This document shows, piece after piece, positions 1-9,166 of a DNA stretch of 64,000 nt. A program made the translations under genes and the position numbers. How positions within the stretch are numbered: position 1 is the stretch's first letter; each line of letters starts with the position of its first letter. The notes below the pieces were generated by a model. It did no database searches. It saw only the letters and a program-made list of their open reading frames with translations, and had not been told where the DNA came from. Source of the stretch: an uncultured archaeon. Its GTDB lineage: Archaea > Micrarchaeota > Micrarchaeia > Anstonellales > Bilamarchaeaceae. Location: the NCBI GenBank assembly GCA_963734525.1, contig CAVTHI010000009.1, positions 67,429 to 131,428 on the forward strand, written 5' to 3'.

Positions 1-118
1 GGTATAGAACGTCTGGATGGGATTCGATGTCGCAAGTTCGGTTTTCGCCTGCTCTTCCGGCCTCCTTAATTGAGAAGATGCCATAGGCTGTATTCGCCAG
101 GATGGGGTTAAAAATCGT

Positions 119-715
119 TCAGCACCGCAGATGTGCGAGCGCAGACTCCAGCTCGGGCTGGGAAAATGACGCGAACCGGGCGGACGGCCTCTGGTTCAGG
201 AAGATGTCGGATGCCGCCCACCCCGTCCTGTTCCGCTCGCGCGCCACGGGTAAGACAGCCTCGCCGCCTATGCGCCAGAGGAACCTCATCGAGCGCGGAC
301 CATAGACCGGAAGGGCGGTCGCCTCGTCCATGCCAAACCAGCCGTTTTCCTTAGGGAAACCAGGCAGGATGATGGGCGGGCGGTTCGGGATGTAAATGCG
401 GTCGTTTCCCTTCCCGAGAAGGTCGTACGTCCCGGATTCCAGCACCAATGCGACGCCCCGCTCGCCACGGAGCCGCCCGGTCTCCAGTATGTAGCGGAGG
501 CGGCGTATCCTGTCGAGGAAGGTTATCGTTTCGCCGAATGGGCAGTCTGGCGCCGGATAGGCTACGACCGTGCCTGTCCAGAACCGCGGCAGCTCGGCCT
601 TTTCTTCGAGTATCACGCGGTCGGCGAGCTTGTTCCGGACCAGCGGGGTGCGCTTCGCGCGGGCTGCGGAAAACGCGTCGTCGAATGAGGCGCCCGGGCT
701 GGTGAGAAACGACAT
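119..715 (-). CDS. hypothetical protein (198 aa)
   Basis: Only long ORF here with balanced amino-acid composition; the overlapping + strand frames are Arg/Pro-rich junk. No motif I can name. Confidence 0.45.
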   Translation of the reverse strand: MSFLTSPGASFDDAFSAARAKRTPLVRNKLADRVILEEKAELPRFWTGTVVAYPAPDCPFGETITFLDRIRRLRYILETGRLRGERGVALVLESGTYDLLGKGNDRIYIPNRPPIILPGFPKENGWFGMDEATALPVYGPRSMRFLWRIGGEAVLPVARERNRTGWAASDIFLNQRPSARFASFSQPELESALAHLRC

Positions 716-760
716 AGTGTTACCTACAGGGTATTACTATGGTTGATGGAATTAAAAAGA

Positions 761-887
761 TGCTCCGTCTGGGATTTGAACCCAGGTCGATGGAGGACTT
801 TAAACTTTTCAGGCAGTTTTTGATGAAACTTTTTCCTAAAAAGTTTCTGAAAGTCCACTATCCTTGACCGGTCTAGACGAACGGAGC
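761..887 (-). tRNA. tRNA-Glu(UUC) with a 52-nt intron after position 37
   Basis: Minus-strand read: acceptor GCTCCGT/ACGGAGC plus discriminator A, D stem GTCT/GGAT, anticodon stem GTGGA/TCCAT, loop CTTTCA (anticodon TTC at 851-849), T arm CTGGG-TTCAAAT-CCCAG. AU-rich insert at 847-796. Exon GGACTTT can pair with the intron end AAAGTCC, a BHB-like context. Confidence 0.8.
801..847 (-). repeat. Copy 1 of a ~47-nt AU-rich element shared by two tRNA introns
   Basis: + strand caggcagtttttgatgaaactttttcctaaaaagtttc is near-identical to 59185-59224. It contains a perfect 9-bp inverted repeat, aaacttttt-cct-aaaaagttt. Confidence 0.7.
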
Positions 888-902
888 GAATATTCGAAAA
901 GG

Positions 903-1469
903 CTACTTGAATAGTTTCATGATGTCCGCGTGCACGGCCTCTATGCCCTTGCCCGCATCGACCTTATGCCAATTCGGTGTTAAAAATCTTTCCTCCTCTA
1001 GGCGCACGAAATTCCCGCGCACTTTGGCCAGGTATTCGCGGTTCTCCTCGTAGCGGTCGAGCTTCTTCTGCTTCGCCTTCCGCTCCTGCGACACCTCCGG
1101 CGGGATGTCGAGGAGTATGACCTTGTCGGGCTTGAGGAAGCCGAGGCCCTCGACGATTTTCTTGGCCTGCGGGAAATGGATGTCCGCAAGCTCGTACGAG
1201 ATGGTCGAGAACACGTAGCGGTCGAGGATGACGGTCTTCCCGGAGTCCATCGCGACGCGGACCAGCTCCTGCTCGTTCGCGATGTCGGAAAGGAACAGGA
1301 GGAAGAGCGACTTCGAGGACAGCTCCAGCTTCTTCTCCAGGTAGTCGTTGAGCATCTGGAAGCTCTTCGTGGGGTACTTGAACACGATTGAATCCGGAAA
1401 TTTCTGCCTTAGCAGCTTTATCTGGGTCTCCTTCCCGCATCCGTCTATGCCTTCGAAAACAACAAGCAT
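903..1469 (-). CDS. tmk: thymidylate (dTMP) kinase
   Basis: P-loop FEGIDGCGKETQ at the N-terminus, ILDRYVFS segment, 188 aa as typical for the family. The overlapping 523-aa ORF 964-2535 is rejected as a non-coding frame. Confidence 0.9.
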   Translation of the reverse strand: MLVVFEGIDGCGKETQIKLLRQKFPDSIVFKYPTKSFQMLNDYLEKKLELSSKSLFLLFLSDIANEQELVRVAMDSGKTVILDRYVFSTISYELADIHFPQAKKIVEGLGFLKPDKVILLDIPPEVSQERKAKQKKLDRYEENREYLAKVRGNFVRLEEERFLTPNWHKVDAGKGIEAVHADIMKLFK

Positions 1470-1560
1470 GGTAATCTCCCTTTCGCCCCTGGCTGGTATG
1501 GAAGATGCACAAAGCAGATTTATACCTTTCCATCTTATTCATGAGCGGGAGGCTTGTTCT

Positions 1561-2451
1561 ATGGACGTAATCTCGATTCGGGATATGGAAAAGAAGGATA
1601 TAGAGGGAATCCTGGATTCGGCTGAGGCCATTCACGCGGGCAAGAAGAAGCCGGGCATTTCCGGGAAAGTGCTCGCGACGCTGTTTTTCGAGGCATCGAC
1701 GCGCACGAAGCTGTCTTTCCAGTCCGCGGCGCTGCGCTCCGGGATGGAATTCATCGACTTCCTGCCCGAAACCAGCTCGCTGAAGAAGGGCGAGAGCTTC
1801 GAGGACACCGTGAAGACTGTCGAGGGCTACGCAGATGCGCTCGTGATACGCCACCCGAAGGAGGGCTCGGCGAGGCTCGCGGCCGACATCCTCAACAAGC
1901 CGGTCATAAACGGCGGGGACGGGGGCAACCAGCATCCGACGCAGACGCTCATCGACCTGTATTCGATAAGGAAGAACAAGGGCCGCATCAAAGGGCTGAA
2001 CGTGACGCTCTTCGGCGACCTCAAGCACGCGCGCACGATGCGCTCGCTCGCGTACGCCCTCGGCATGTTCGAGGCTAAGGTGACGCTCGTATCCCCGCAG
2101 GGGCTCGAGATGGACCAGTCTTACGTGAAGGAGCTCGAGGAGAGGTTCAATCTCCAGGTTTCGGTGAAGACCGAGCCCGAGTTCTCCGAGGCTGACGTGC
2201 TTTACGTGTGCAGGATACAGCAGGAGCGCTTCGCGGACCCCCTTGAAGCCAAGCGCGTCACGGAGAGGTTCATGATAAGGAAGGAGGACCTCAAGGGCGC
2301 GAAGGACGACCTCGTCATCCTCCACCCGCTCCCGAAAATCAACGAAATCGAGAACTCCATCGATTCGATGAAGCAGGCGAAGTATTTCGAGCAGGCGCAC
2401 AACGGGGTGCCGGTGAGGCAGGCGGTACTGGAATACGCTTTGGGCAGGTAG
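1561..2451 (+). CDS. pyrB: aspartate carbamoyltransferase catalytic subunit
   Basis: Motifs STRTKLSFQSA, HPTQTLIDL and LHPLPKINEI. Start moved from 1348 to ATG 1561 (GGGAGG about 10 nt upstream) because the first 71 tracked codons overlap tmk and look non-coding. Confidence 0.92.
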   Translation: MDVISIRDMEKKDIEGILDSAEAIHAGKKKPGISGKVLATLFFEASTRTKLSFQSAALRSGMEFIDFLPETSSLKKGESFEDTVKTVEGYADALVIRHPKEGSARLAADILNKPVINGGDGGNQHPTQTLIDLYSIRKNKGRIKGLNVTLFGDLKHARTMRSLAYALGMFEAKVTLVSPQGLEMDQSYVKELEERFNLQVSVKTEPEFSEADVLYVCRIQQERFADPLEAKRVTERFMIRKEDLKGAKDDLVILHPLPKINEIENSIDSMKQAKYFEQAHNGVPVRQAVLEYALGR

Positions 2452-2464
2452 AGGAGGCGGTGAT

Positions 2465-2893
2465 ATGCAGGTCGACAAGATTGAGATGGGAACGGTCATA
2501 GACCACATCAAGGCGGGGAAGGCGGCGAAGGTCATGAAGCTCCTCGAGATAGGGGAGAACTACCCGCACAGGGTGGCTATCCTGATAAACGTCCCGAGCA
2601 AGATGATGAAGACGAAGGATATAGTGAAAATCGAGGGGAAGGTGGTTTCGGAGGAGGGCGCGAACATCATCGCGCTCGTTTCGCCCGGCGCGTCCATCAA
2701 CATAATCCGGAACAGCAAAATCGAGAAGAAGTTCACGGTAGCGCTTCCGAAGGAAGTGAACGGACTCGGGCGCTGCGCGAACCCCAATTGCATCACCGCG
2801 GAGGGGGCGAAGACGAGGTTCAAGATGGAAGATGACGGAAGGTACCGGTGCCATTTCTGTGAGCGGCGCTCGAACGCCGAGGAGCTCGTATAA
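2465..2893 (+). CDS. pyrI: aspartate carbamoyltransferase regulatory subunit
   Basis: Lies 13 nt after pyrB. N-domain GTVIDHIKAGKA and C-terminal Zn cluster CANPNCIT...YRCHFCE. Confidence 0.9.
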   Translation: MQVDKIEMGTVIDHIKAGKAAKVMKLLEIGENYPHRVAILINVPSKMMKTKDIVKIEGKVVSEEGANIIALVSPGASINIIRNSKIEKKFTVALPKEVNGLGRCANPNCITAEGAKTRFKMEDDGRYRCHFCERRSNAEELV

Positions 2894-2937
2894 AGGGTCG
2901 GACGGGCGGGGAGCCGCCCGCAAAACGGTGACCGCAG

Positions 2938-3357
2938 ATGGAAGTCAGGAAGGCTGGCGGACGGCTCATCATCCGGCTCGACGCCGGGGATGAAATCGTC
3001 GCCTCGTTGAAAAGGGCCTGCCGGGTACTGCCGGCGAATTTCGCGCATTTTTCCGGAATCGGCGCCTGCAGGAGCGCGGAAATCTCCCACTTCGATACAA
3101 AGGAGAAAAAATACAACAGCCGGAAGCTCGCGGGAATGCTTGAGATTGTGTCATTGACCGGCAATATCACCGCCGTCGATAACGAGCCGTTCGTCCACGC
3201 GCACATTGCGCTCGGCCTTCCGGATTTCTCGGTGCTGGGCGGGCACCTAATCAGCGCGGAGATAAGCCCGGCCTGCGAGATAATCCTTGAGCAGCTCCCA
3301 GTGATTGTCGGGCGCAGGCAGGATGCGGAAAGCGGGCTGAAGCTGCTGAAATTATAG
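2938..3357 (+). CDS. PPC (DUF296) domain protein
   Basis: Pattern GRLIIRLDAGDEIVASL...FSGIGA...EIVSLTGNI...HAHIAL...GGHL matches my recollection of the PPC/DUF296 fold. Confidence 0.7.
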   Translation: MEVRKAGGRLIIRLDAGDEIVASLKRACRVLPANFAHFSGIGACRSAEISHFDTKEKKYNSRKLAGMLEIVSLTGNITAVDNEPFVHAHIALGLPDFSVLGGHLISAEISPACEIILEQLPVIVGRRQDAESGLKLLKL

Positions 3358-3397
3358 TTCCCGCGCATGCCCTGCCCGGATTCGCAGTAATTCCGGA

Positions 3398-3758
3398 TTA
3401 TTCGCCAAGCGTTTTCTTTATGGCCGGCAGGAGCTCGGCGTGCAGGGCGGTCTTCGGGACGAATATCAGCCCGGGGAACTCCCGCGCCAGCTCCTCGCCC
3501 ACGGTGGCCGGCAGGCCTATCGCGCTGAGGACGATGATGGGCGTCTTTATGCCGCGCGACTTTCATCTCGCGCAGGACCGCCCGGCCGGAGACCTTCGGC
3601 ATGATCAAATCCAGGAGGAGAAGGTCGAAGTCCTTGAGCCTCTCCAGGCCTTCCATGGGGTCGAGCGTGTATGTCGCCTGGTAGCCGGACTTTTCGAGAT
3701 ACATCTTGATGCTGCGCGCCACGTCGGGCTCGTCCTCGATTATCAGTATCTTCTTCAT
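3398..3758 (-). CDS. CheY-like response regulator receiver; frame interrupted by a 1-nt indel as sequenced
   Basis: MKKILIIEDEPDV...DLLLLDLIMPKVSG is a receiver domain. After ...REMK the tracked 312-aa frame turns into Arg/Pro junk antisense to the PPC gene. An adjacent frame reads SRGIKTPIIVLSAIG...FVPKTALHAELLPAIKKTLGE and stops at 3398-3400. Dropping one A from the AAA run (+ strand ttt 3561-3563) restores a 120-aa protein. Its ATG overlaps the kinase stop (ATGA). Confidence 0.8.
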
Positions 3759-5293
3759 TTTTTCGCCACCTTCGGAATGATTATCCTGAACGTGCTGCCA
3801 TGCCCGCGCATGGATTCGAATTCAATCCTGCCGCCCATCTTATTAATCAGCGTGGAAGATATCGCGAGGCCGATGCCGGAACCAGGCGCGCTGTGGTTCT
3901 CCTTGAAGAACTTGCCGAATACCTTCGGCTTGTTCTCCGGCCTGATTCCGACGCCGGTGTCCGATACGGATATCACGATGTCCAGGCCTTCCTCGGACCA
4001 GACCAAGCGCACGCCGCCCCTGTCGGTGAACTTGAGCGCGTTGCTCACCAGGTTGCTGACAGCCATGGAAAGGATGTGGGGGTCCCCTTCGACCACGATG
4101 TCGTTTCCGCTCAGGTCCAGGGTAAGCCCCTTCGAGCGCGCAAGGGGCATGTAATCCTCCACCACGAGGCGCATTATCTGGTCGAGGCAGAACTTTTCGG
4201 ACCGGATGTCCACGGATTCCAGCTTCGTAAGCTGCATTATCTGCTCGACCGAAATCGAGAGCCGCATCGCGTTGCGCCACATGAGGTCGAATGACTTGGC
4301 GATATCGCCCGCTTCGGTCGCGGGATTCATGTTCCTGGCCATGTCCAGGTTCAGCATGATGACGCTGAGCGGCGTCTTCAATTCATGCGTCATGTCCGCC
4401 ATGAAGCGCTCCCGGAGCATTGACAGCTCCTCGAGCTGGTCCTTCTGGCTCCGGAGCAGCTCCTCGTTGCGCTTCTGCTCGGTGATATCGTCCACCATGG
4501 CGAGGTAGTACAGCACCTCGCCCTTCTGGTCCCGTACGGCCGAAACGTTCACCGCGCCCCAGATCACCTGCCCGTCCTTGCGGATGTAGCGTTTTTCAGT
4601 CTTGTAGTACGGTATCTTGTCCGCTCCGAGGCGCCCCATCTGCTCGATGTCGCGCCCGCGGTGTTCGGGATGCGTTATCTCCTTGAATGTCAGCCTGTTC
4701 AGCTCCGGCTCGGTATAGCCGAATATCCTGCACGCCGCGGGGTTCGCCCTGATGAACCGGTAATCGCGGCCGGACAGGAGGATGCCTATCGAGCCGTGCT
4801 CGAAGACGTTGCGGAAGCGGTTCTCGCTGTCTTGCAGGGAACGCTCGGCGGATTTGCGCTTGATGAACTGGCCTATCTGGTACCCCAGCAGGTTGAGGGA
4901 CTGGATGTGTTCCTTTTCGGGCGGGCGGTCCTTTTCCGAGAAAAAGACCATCACGCCGACGACGTCGTTCCCCATCGCGAGGGGGATGGCGCATGCGGAT
5001 TTGAACCCGACCGCCCTTGCGGCGGCGGTCCTGAGGAAAACGCGCTCTTTCTCGATGTCCCTGACCCATACGGGCTTGCCGCTCGCCCATACGCGCCCGG
5101 GCAGGCCGGATCCGGATTTGAACTGCATTTCGGACGAGACTTTTTCGAACGGAACGTATTTTTTCGAGGGCTCGTGCCATGCGTCTGCAAGGTTAAGCCG
5201 TTTCCCGGCCTTGTCCCCAAGCCAAATCTCGCCCCAGGCCCAGTCCAGGTTGGCGCATATCTTCTCCAGGACGACTGGCCACGTATCGGCCAT
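3755..5293 (-). CDS. sensor histidine kinase (GAF-PAS-HisKA-HATPase)
   Basis: GAF-like N-terminus, PAS unit (NRFRNVFEHGSIGILL...), H-box MADMTHELKTPLSVI, ATPase boxes NLVSNALKFT, DTGVGI and GSGIGLAI. Confidence 0.9.
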   Translation of the reverse strand: MADTWPVVLEKICANLDWAWGEIWLGDKAGKRLNLADAWHEPSKKYVPFEKVSSEMQFKSGSGLPGRVWASGKPVWVRDIEKERVFLRTAAARAVGFKSACAIPLAMGNDVVGVMVFFSEKDRPPEKEHIQSLNLLGYQIGQFIKRKSAERSLQDSENRFRNVFEHGSIGILLSGRDYRFIRANPAACRIFGYTEPELNRLTFKEITHPEHRGRDIEQMGRLGADKIPYYKTEKRYIRKDGQVIWGAVNVSAVRDQKGEVLYYLAMVDDITEQKRNEELLRSQKDQLEELSMLRERFMADMTHELKTPLSVIMLNLDMARNMNPATEAGDIAKSFDLMWRNAMRLSISVEQIMQLTKLESVDIRSEKFCLDQIMRLVVEDYMPLARSKGLTLDLSGNDIVVEGDPHILSMAVSNLVSNALKFTDRGGVRLVWSEEGLDIVISVSDTGVGIRPENKPKVFGKFFKENHSAPGSGIGLAISSTLINKMGGRIEFESMRGHGSTFRIIIPKVAKK

Positions 5294-7316
5294 CGTGCCG
5301 CCTGCCGAGAGGACTGGAAGCCACCTGGTAGCTGGCTAGTAGGCGCTTGTCGGCGGACAGGCGCTTGGTGATGTCGCTGAGCGTGACAACGGCCCCGGTG
5401 ACGACATTCCCTTTCCTCACCGCGGAGCCCCGGACCTCGACAAAAACCTGCCTGCCCGAGGTGGTGCGCGCCTCGACTACGTACGGGTTCACATCGATTC
5501 CGGATACCCGCTTCCTGAAGTTTTGCGCCATCAGGGATATCGAATCCGAAGGGAGCAATTGGGTCAGTTCGTTGAAGTGTTTCCCGATGATATCCGCGGG
5601 GTTGTAGCCCCACATGCGCCGCACAGACGGGTTGATTTTCTGTATCATGCCGGCGCTGTCGAGGAATACGACGATGTCGCTCGCGTTGTTGAAAATCGCG
5701 GCGAATGTCTTTTCGCTCTCGACCAGGGCGGATTTGGCCCGAAGGGCCGAAATGCCATGGGCGATATCCTGGGCCAGCTCGTCAAGGAGGCGGACCTCGT
5801 CGGAATCGAACGCGTCGGGTTTCTCCGAGTAGATGTTCAGCGCCCCGCACCTCTTGCCCTCAAGCTGAATCGGAAGCGCGATGGACGAGGAATAGCCGCG
5901 CGAGAGGGCGTCCTTGCGCCAAGGCGCGAATCTCGGGTCGTTATGGATGTCGCGCGCTATCGAAGGCTTTCCGGTCCGGACGGCAGTCCCGGTCGGCCCG
6001 CGCCCCCGCTCCGAATCGGCCCAGGTGATATTAAGCGTTTTCAGGTACCCCTCATCAAAACCGTAGGATGCCACAGGGGTGACGCACTTGGCCGGGCCCT
6101 CATCCACGCACCCGGCCCAGGCCATCCGGTAACCCCCGGTATTGACAAGCACCCTGCAGATTTCGTTCATCAGCCCGATTTCGTCGCCGCTCCGCACGAT
6201 GGCCTGGTTGCATTCGCTGATTAATGCGAGCATCCGGTTTTTTTCCTGCAGGGCGTCCTCGTTCCGTTTCTGCTCGGTTATATCGCGCACGCTTTCGATG
6301 GCCCCCGCGACTTCCCCTTCGGAGTCGTATAGCGGACGCACCATCACCCACACGTAGCCGGGCTTGCCCCTCATGAGGCGCGGCACCCAGCCCTTGGCGG
6401 TGAGGATATCCCCCTGCCGGTTCAGCGAGCCGTATTTCTTCTCGATATCCTTGTCGGGCCTGAGGAGAAGCTCGGCCCCGACCGGCCGCTCCCAGCCGTA
6501 GAAGTGCCGGCCGACATCGCGGGCGGCTCTCCCGAGCATCTTCTCGGACTTGATTCCGGAGATGGATTCCATCTCCTTGTTCCAGTAGATTACCCTGCCC
6601 TCCAAATCAATCGCGAATGTGGCGTCCGGAAGGGATTCGATGATGTCGGTGAGCTGGTCCTGCGCGGCCTTCCGCTCGGTTATGTCCTGCACGATGCTTG
6701 CGACGAGCCTGAGCCTGCCGTCGATCATTATCGGGGCCCAGGAGTGGGACACCCACCGGATTTTGCCGTCTTTCGTGACGAGGCGGTATTCAAATCCGGC
6801 CCCGCGTTCCCCCCGCAGGGCTTTTGACTGGACAATCCTGACGCGCTCCAGGTCGGCAGGATAGGTTATCGAGGTGCGTTTGCCGACAAAGTGCTCCGGA
6901 CCCCATCCGAGGATGTCCTTGCATGCGGGGCTCATGTAGGCGATTTTGCCGTCGGGAGCGGTGAGCATCACCAGGTCGTTGCTTGTTTCCACGATGCTCC
7001 GGAACCTCGCCTCGCTCTCCTTGAGCTTCATTTCCGCGTTCTTCCGCCCGGTGATGTCCTGCACCACGCTGGCTATCATCTGGAGCCTGCTGCCGAGCAT
7101 AATCGGGGACCATGAATGGGATACCCGACTTGACCTTCCCCTCCGGCGTGATGACGCGGACTGCAGGCCTTCCCCGCCCTTCCCCGCGAGGGCTCCCGCC
7201 AGCGCGGATTCCACCCGGGCCTTATCGTCAGGATGGAATCTTCTGGGGCGCGTGCCCATCAGTTTTTTCGGATTATAGCCCAGTACCTTCCTGCAGGCAG
7301 GGCTCAGGTAGGTCAC
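5193..7316 (-). CDS. multi-PAS/GAF sensor segment, probably part of one long sensor kinase gene
   Basis: Several PAS units separated by DIT(E/G)RK linkers, plus a GAF-like segment (...GYRMAWAGCVDE...LNIYSEKPDAFD). There is no kinase core in this frame. The last ~45 aa look out-of-frame and overlap the kinase ORF by 100 nt. An internal 14-aa stretch (7127-7160) is also out of frame. Confidence 0.8.
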   Translation of the reverse strand: MTYLSPACRKVLGYNPKKLMGTRPRRFHPDDKARVESALAGALAGKGGEGLQSASSRRRGRSSRVSHSWSPIMLGSRLQMIASVVQDITGRKNAEMKLKESEARFRSIVETSNDLVMLTAPDGKIAYMSPACKDILGWGPEHFVGKRTSITYPADLERVRIVQSKALRGERGAGFEYRLVTKDGKIRWVSHSWAPIMIDGRLRLVASIVQDITERKAAQDQLTDIIESLPDATFAIDLEGRVIYWNKEMESISGIKSEKMLGRAARDVGRHFYGWERPVGAELLLRPDKDIEKKYGSLNRQGDILTAKGWVPRLMRGKPGYVWVMVRPLYDSEGEVAGAIESVRDITEQKRNEDALQEKNRMLALISECNQAIVRSGDEIGLMNEICRVLVNTGGYRMAWAGCVDEGPAKCVTPVASYGFDEGYLKTLNITWADSERGRGPTGTAVRTGKPSIARDIHNDPRFAPWRKDALSRGYSSSIALPIQLEGKRCGALNIYSEKPDAFDSDEVRLLDELAQDIAHGISALRAKSALVESEKTFAAIFNNASDIVVFLDSAGMIQKINPSVRRMWGYNPADIIGKHFNELTQLLPSDSISLMAQNFRKRVSGIDVNPYVVEARTTSGRQVFVEVRGSAVRKGNVVTGAVVTLSDITKRLSADKRLLASYQVASSPLGRRHDGRYVASRPGEDMRQPGLGLGRDLAWGQGRETA

Positions 7317-7602
7317 TTTCCCGATCCGAGCCGGTCAGCATGACAAGGTCGTTGCTGCTCTCGACCAGGCGCCTGAACTTCAATTCGCTTTCTTTCAGGG
7401 CCTGCTCGGCCAGTTTCTCCTTCGTCAGGTCGGAATAAATCGCGACGATTTCGCCGGAATCAAGCCTGAGGATGTAGTTTTCCCGCCATCCGGCAATCCT
7501 TTTGTCCTTGTAGACCTTGGCCGGAAAATATTCCGCCTTCCCTGTTCTCCATACCCTCTTGAAAACTTCGAAGATGCCGAACTCCTTGACACCTGGGAAC
7601 AC
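7273..7602 (-). CDS. PAS-domain fragment (frame-shifted piece of the same sensor gene)
   Basis: VFPGVKEFGIFEVFKRVWRTGKAEYF... followed by KFRRLVESSNDLVMLTGSD. The next residues (GKVTYLSPACRKVLGY) continue in the frame of ORF 5193-7316. Confidence 0.65.
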   Translation of the reverse strand: MFPGVKEFGIFEVFKRVWRTGKAEYFPAKVYKDKRIAGWRENYILRLDSGEIVAIYSDLTKEKLAEQALKESELKFRRLVESSNDLVMLTGSDRESDLPEPCLQEGTGL

Positions 7603-7636
7603 CAGGTCACGCGCCTCCCGAGATGGCCTTTTTCCT

Positions 7637-8269
7637 TCACATTCTCGACACGCTCGGCCGCCTGTTGAAATCGACGATTGTGAAGTCCCTGCCGTTGTTT
7701 TCCGCCCGGTAGACGGCGATGCAGTTCATGGAGTTGTTGAAGACGTGCCGGAATACCTTTCCTCGACCAGTTTCAGGCGTCTCCTCCGCGCTCTTCCTGT
7801 CCGTGATGTCGCGGATGTTGCACTGGATTACGTTCGTGTGGTCGACCCGGTATGTGTTGCTGACGAATTCTACGGCCATCGGCTTGCCGCTTTTGGCCTG
7901 GAGCGGGAGGTTCTCATAGCGCACATAACCCTTCTTCTGGAGCTCCAGGAATTTCGCCTTGCTCGCTATGATGTCCTTGAAGGCGCCGACTTCCCAGAGC
8001 TTTTTCCCGAGGAATTCCTTGTGGGAATAGCCGAGCATGGAAATGAGGAACGGGTTGACATCGGTTATCTGGCCGGTGTCCGCGTCGAGAAGAAGGATGC
8101 CGTCCTGAGCGGTCTCGAAAAGGCGCCGGTAGCGAGTCTCCGAGTCCCGGATTGCGACATCGGCCAAGCCCCTTCCGGCCGAGTCGCGGGGGGACGCCTG
8201 GTGATGGCTGCGGATTCCCGAATCGCCCGGTTCAACCGGCGGCCGTTGGGTTTTCCCCCTGCGCACCAC
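7637..8269 (-). CDS. PAS-domain fragment (N-terminal piece of the sensor gene)
   Basis: ETRYRRLFETAQDGILLLDADTGQITDVNPFLISMLGY is a canonical PAS start. A second PAS begins at FRHVFNNSMNCIAVY and is cut by frame changes near 7660 and 7631. Confidence 0.7.
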   Translation of the reverse strand: MVRRGKTQRPPVEPGDSGIRSHHQASPRDSAGRGLADVAIRDSETRYRRLFETAQDGILLLDADTGQITDVNPFLISMLGYSHKEFLGKKLWEVGAFKDIIASKAKFLELQKKGYVRYENLPLQAKSGKPMAVEFVSNTYRVDHTNVIQCNIRDITDRKSAEETPETGRGKVFRHVFNNSMNCIAVYRAENNGRDFTIVDFNRRPSVSRM

Positions 8270-8353
8270 GATTCGGAATCTCGTTAACGGTTTATTATAT
8301 TATCTAATGCGGCCGACGCCCGGCAGGGCGCCGCAGGATGGGGCCGCAAAGGC

Positions 8354-9166
8354 TCAGCCGCGCCTATTGCCGCACCGCAGCTCGCTGACGAACCTGTCCG
8401 CCAGCGCCGCCTTGGAGGATTCCTTCACCCGGAGGCGCCTCATCGCAGCCATCGCGAGCGCACGGACTTCCGGGTCCTGGAGCTCGCGCATCTGGTCCCG
8501 TATCTGCTCGTTGAGCCCGTGCGGGGTGTGCACCACCATCCGCATGTTCGCGCCGTCTAACCACTGCCTCTCGATGCGGAACCGCATGCATGTCTGGAAA
8601 TTCGGGTCTTGCGCATTCTCCGCTGATATGGATTCCGTGGCCTTGAAGGCCGCGTATGTGAGCGTTTCCCCCAGCCCGCCAATGAAGAACGGCAGGCGCT
8701 CGAAAACGCGGCGCTCGGCCTCGATCCTAAGCAGGAGGGACGTCTCGGGTTGCTCCGGGAAAAGGAGGGCGCCGGAGAGGAAGGTGGCGGCGTAGCCAGG
8801 AAGCTCGCCCTGCGAAGCCTCGAACACGTCGAATATGTGAATGTAATCCGGCCTAGACCATGTCGGCGGGAGAGACCTTGAAGGGAATCTCAGGATGTCG
8901 ATATCCTTCGCATGCGCCGTGGCGTTCAGCGCAGCCCCGTAGAATGCGATATCGTGGCGGAGGCGGATCTTCGAAAGCCATGATTTGAGCCCGTCTCCAT
9001 GCCAGTTCTCGGCCCCGGAGAGCGCACTGCATTTGGCAAGCACCGCGGACATCGCCTTCTGCGCGTCCGGAAACGGGGATTCGAACGGCTCCATCGGCGG
9101 ATAAAGGAACGCCTCCTTCGCAAGCGTCCCGAAAATGTCATCAGCCATGCATATCGCCCCCGACAT
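8354..9166 (-). CDS. hypothetical protein (270 aa; alternative start 9148)
   Basis: Balanced composition, whereas the + strand alternatives are Arg-rich. Overlaps the upstream ORF by a few nt, which looks like an operon with flpA. No recognisable motif. Confidence 0.5.
   Translation of the reverse strand: MSGAICMADDIFGTLAKEAFLYPPMEPFESPFPDAQKAMSAVLAKCSALSGAENWHGDGLKSWLSKIRLRHDIAFYGAALNATAHAKDIDILRFPSRSLPPTWSRPDYIHIFDVFEASQGELPGYAATFLSGALLFPEQPETSLLLRIEAERRVFERLPFFIGGLGETLTYAAFKATESISAENAQDPNFQTCMRFRIERQWLDGANMRMVVHTPHGLNEQIRDQMRELQDPEVRALAMAAMRRLRVKESSKAALADRFVSELRCGNRRG

Noticed and set aside
806-852. Possible C/D-box sRNA in the tRNA-Glu intron (TGATGA ... CTGA)
   Set aside because: The C-like and D-like boxes are on the + strand, opposite to the tRNA transcript. 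They are only about 20 nt apart with no C'/D', and the second copy of the element (59185-59224) has TGATAA and no CTGA.
964-2535. 523-aa minus-strand ORF spanning tmk and pyrB
   Set aside because: It lies on the tmk strand in another frame and antisense to pyrB, both well supported. It is extremely Arg/Leu/Pro/His-rich. This is a typical stop-poor alternative frame in high-GC DNA.
2820-3758. The 312-aa form of the response-regulator ORF
   Set aside because: Only the first ~65 aa are receiver-like. The remainder is Arg/Pro junk running antisense through the PPC gene, and the receiver continues in a neighbouring frame to a stop at 3398.
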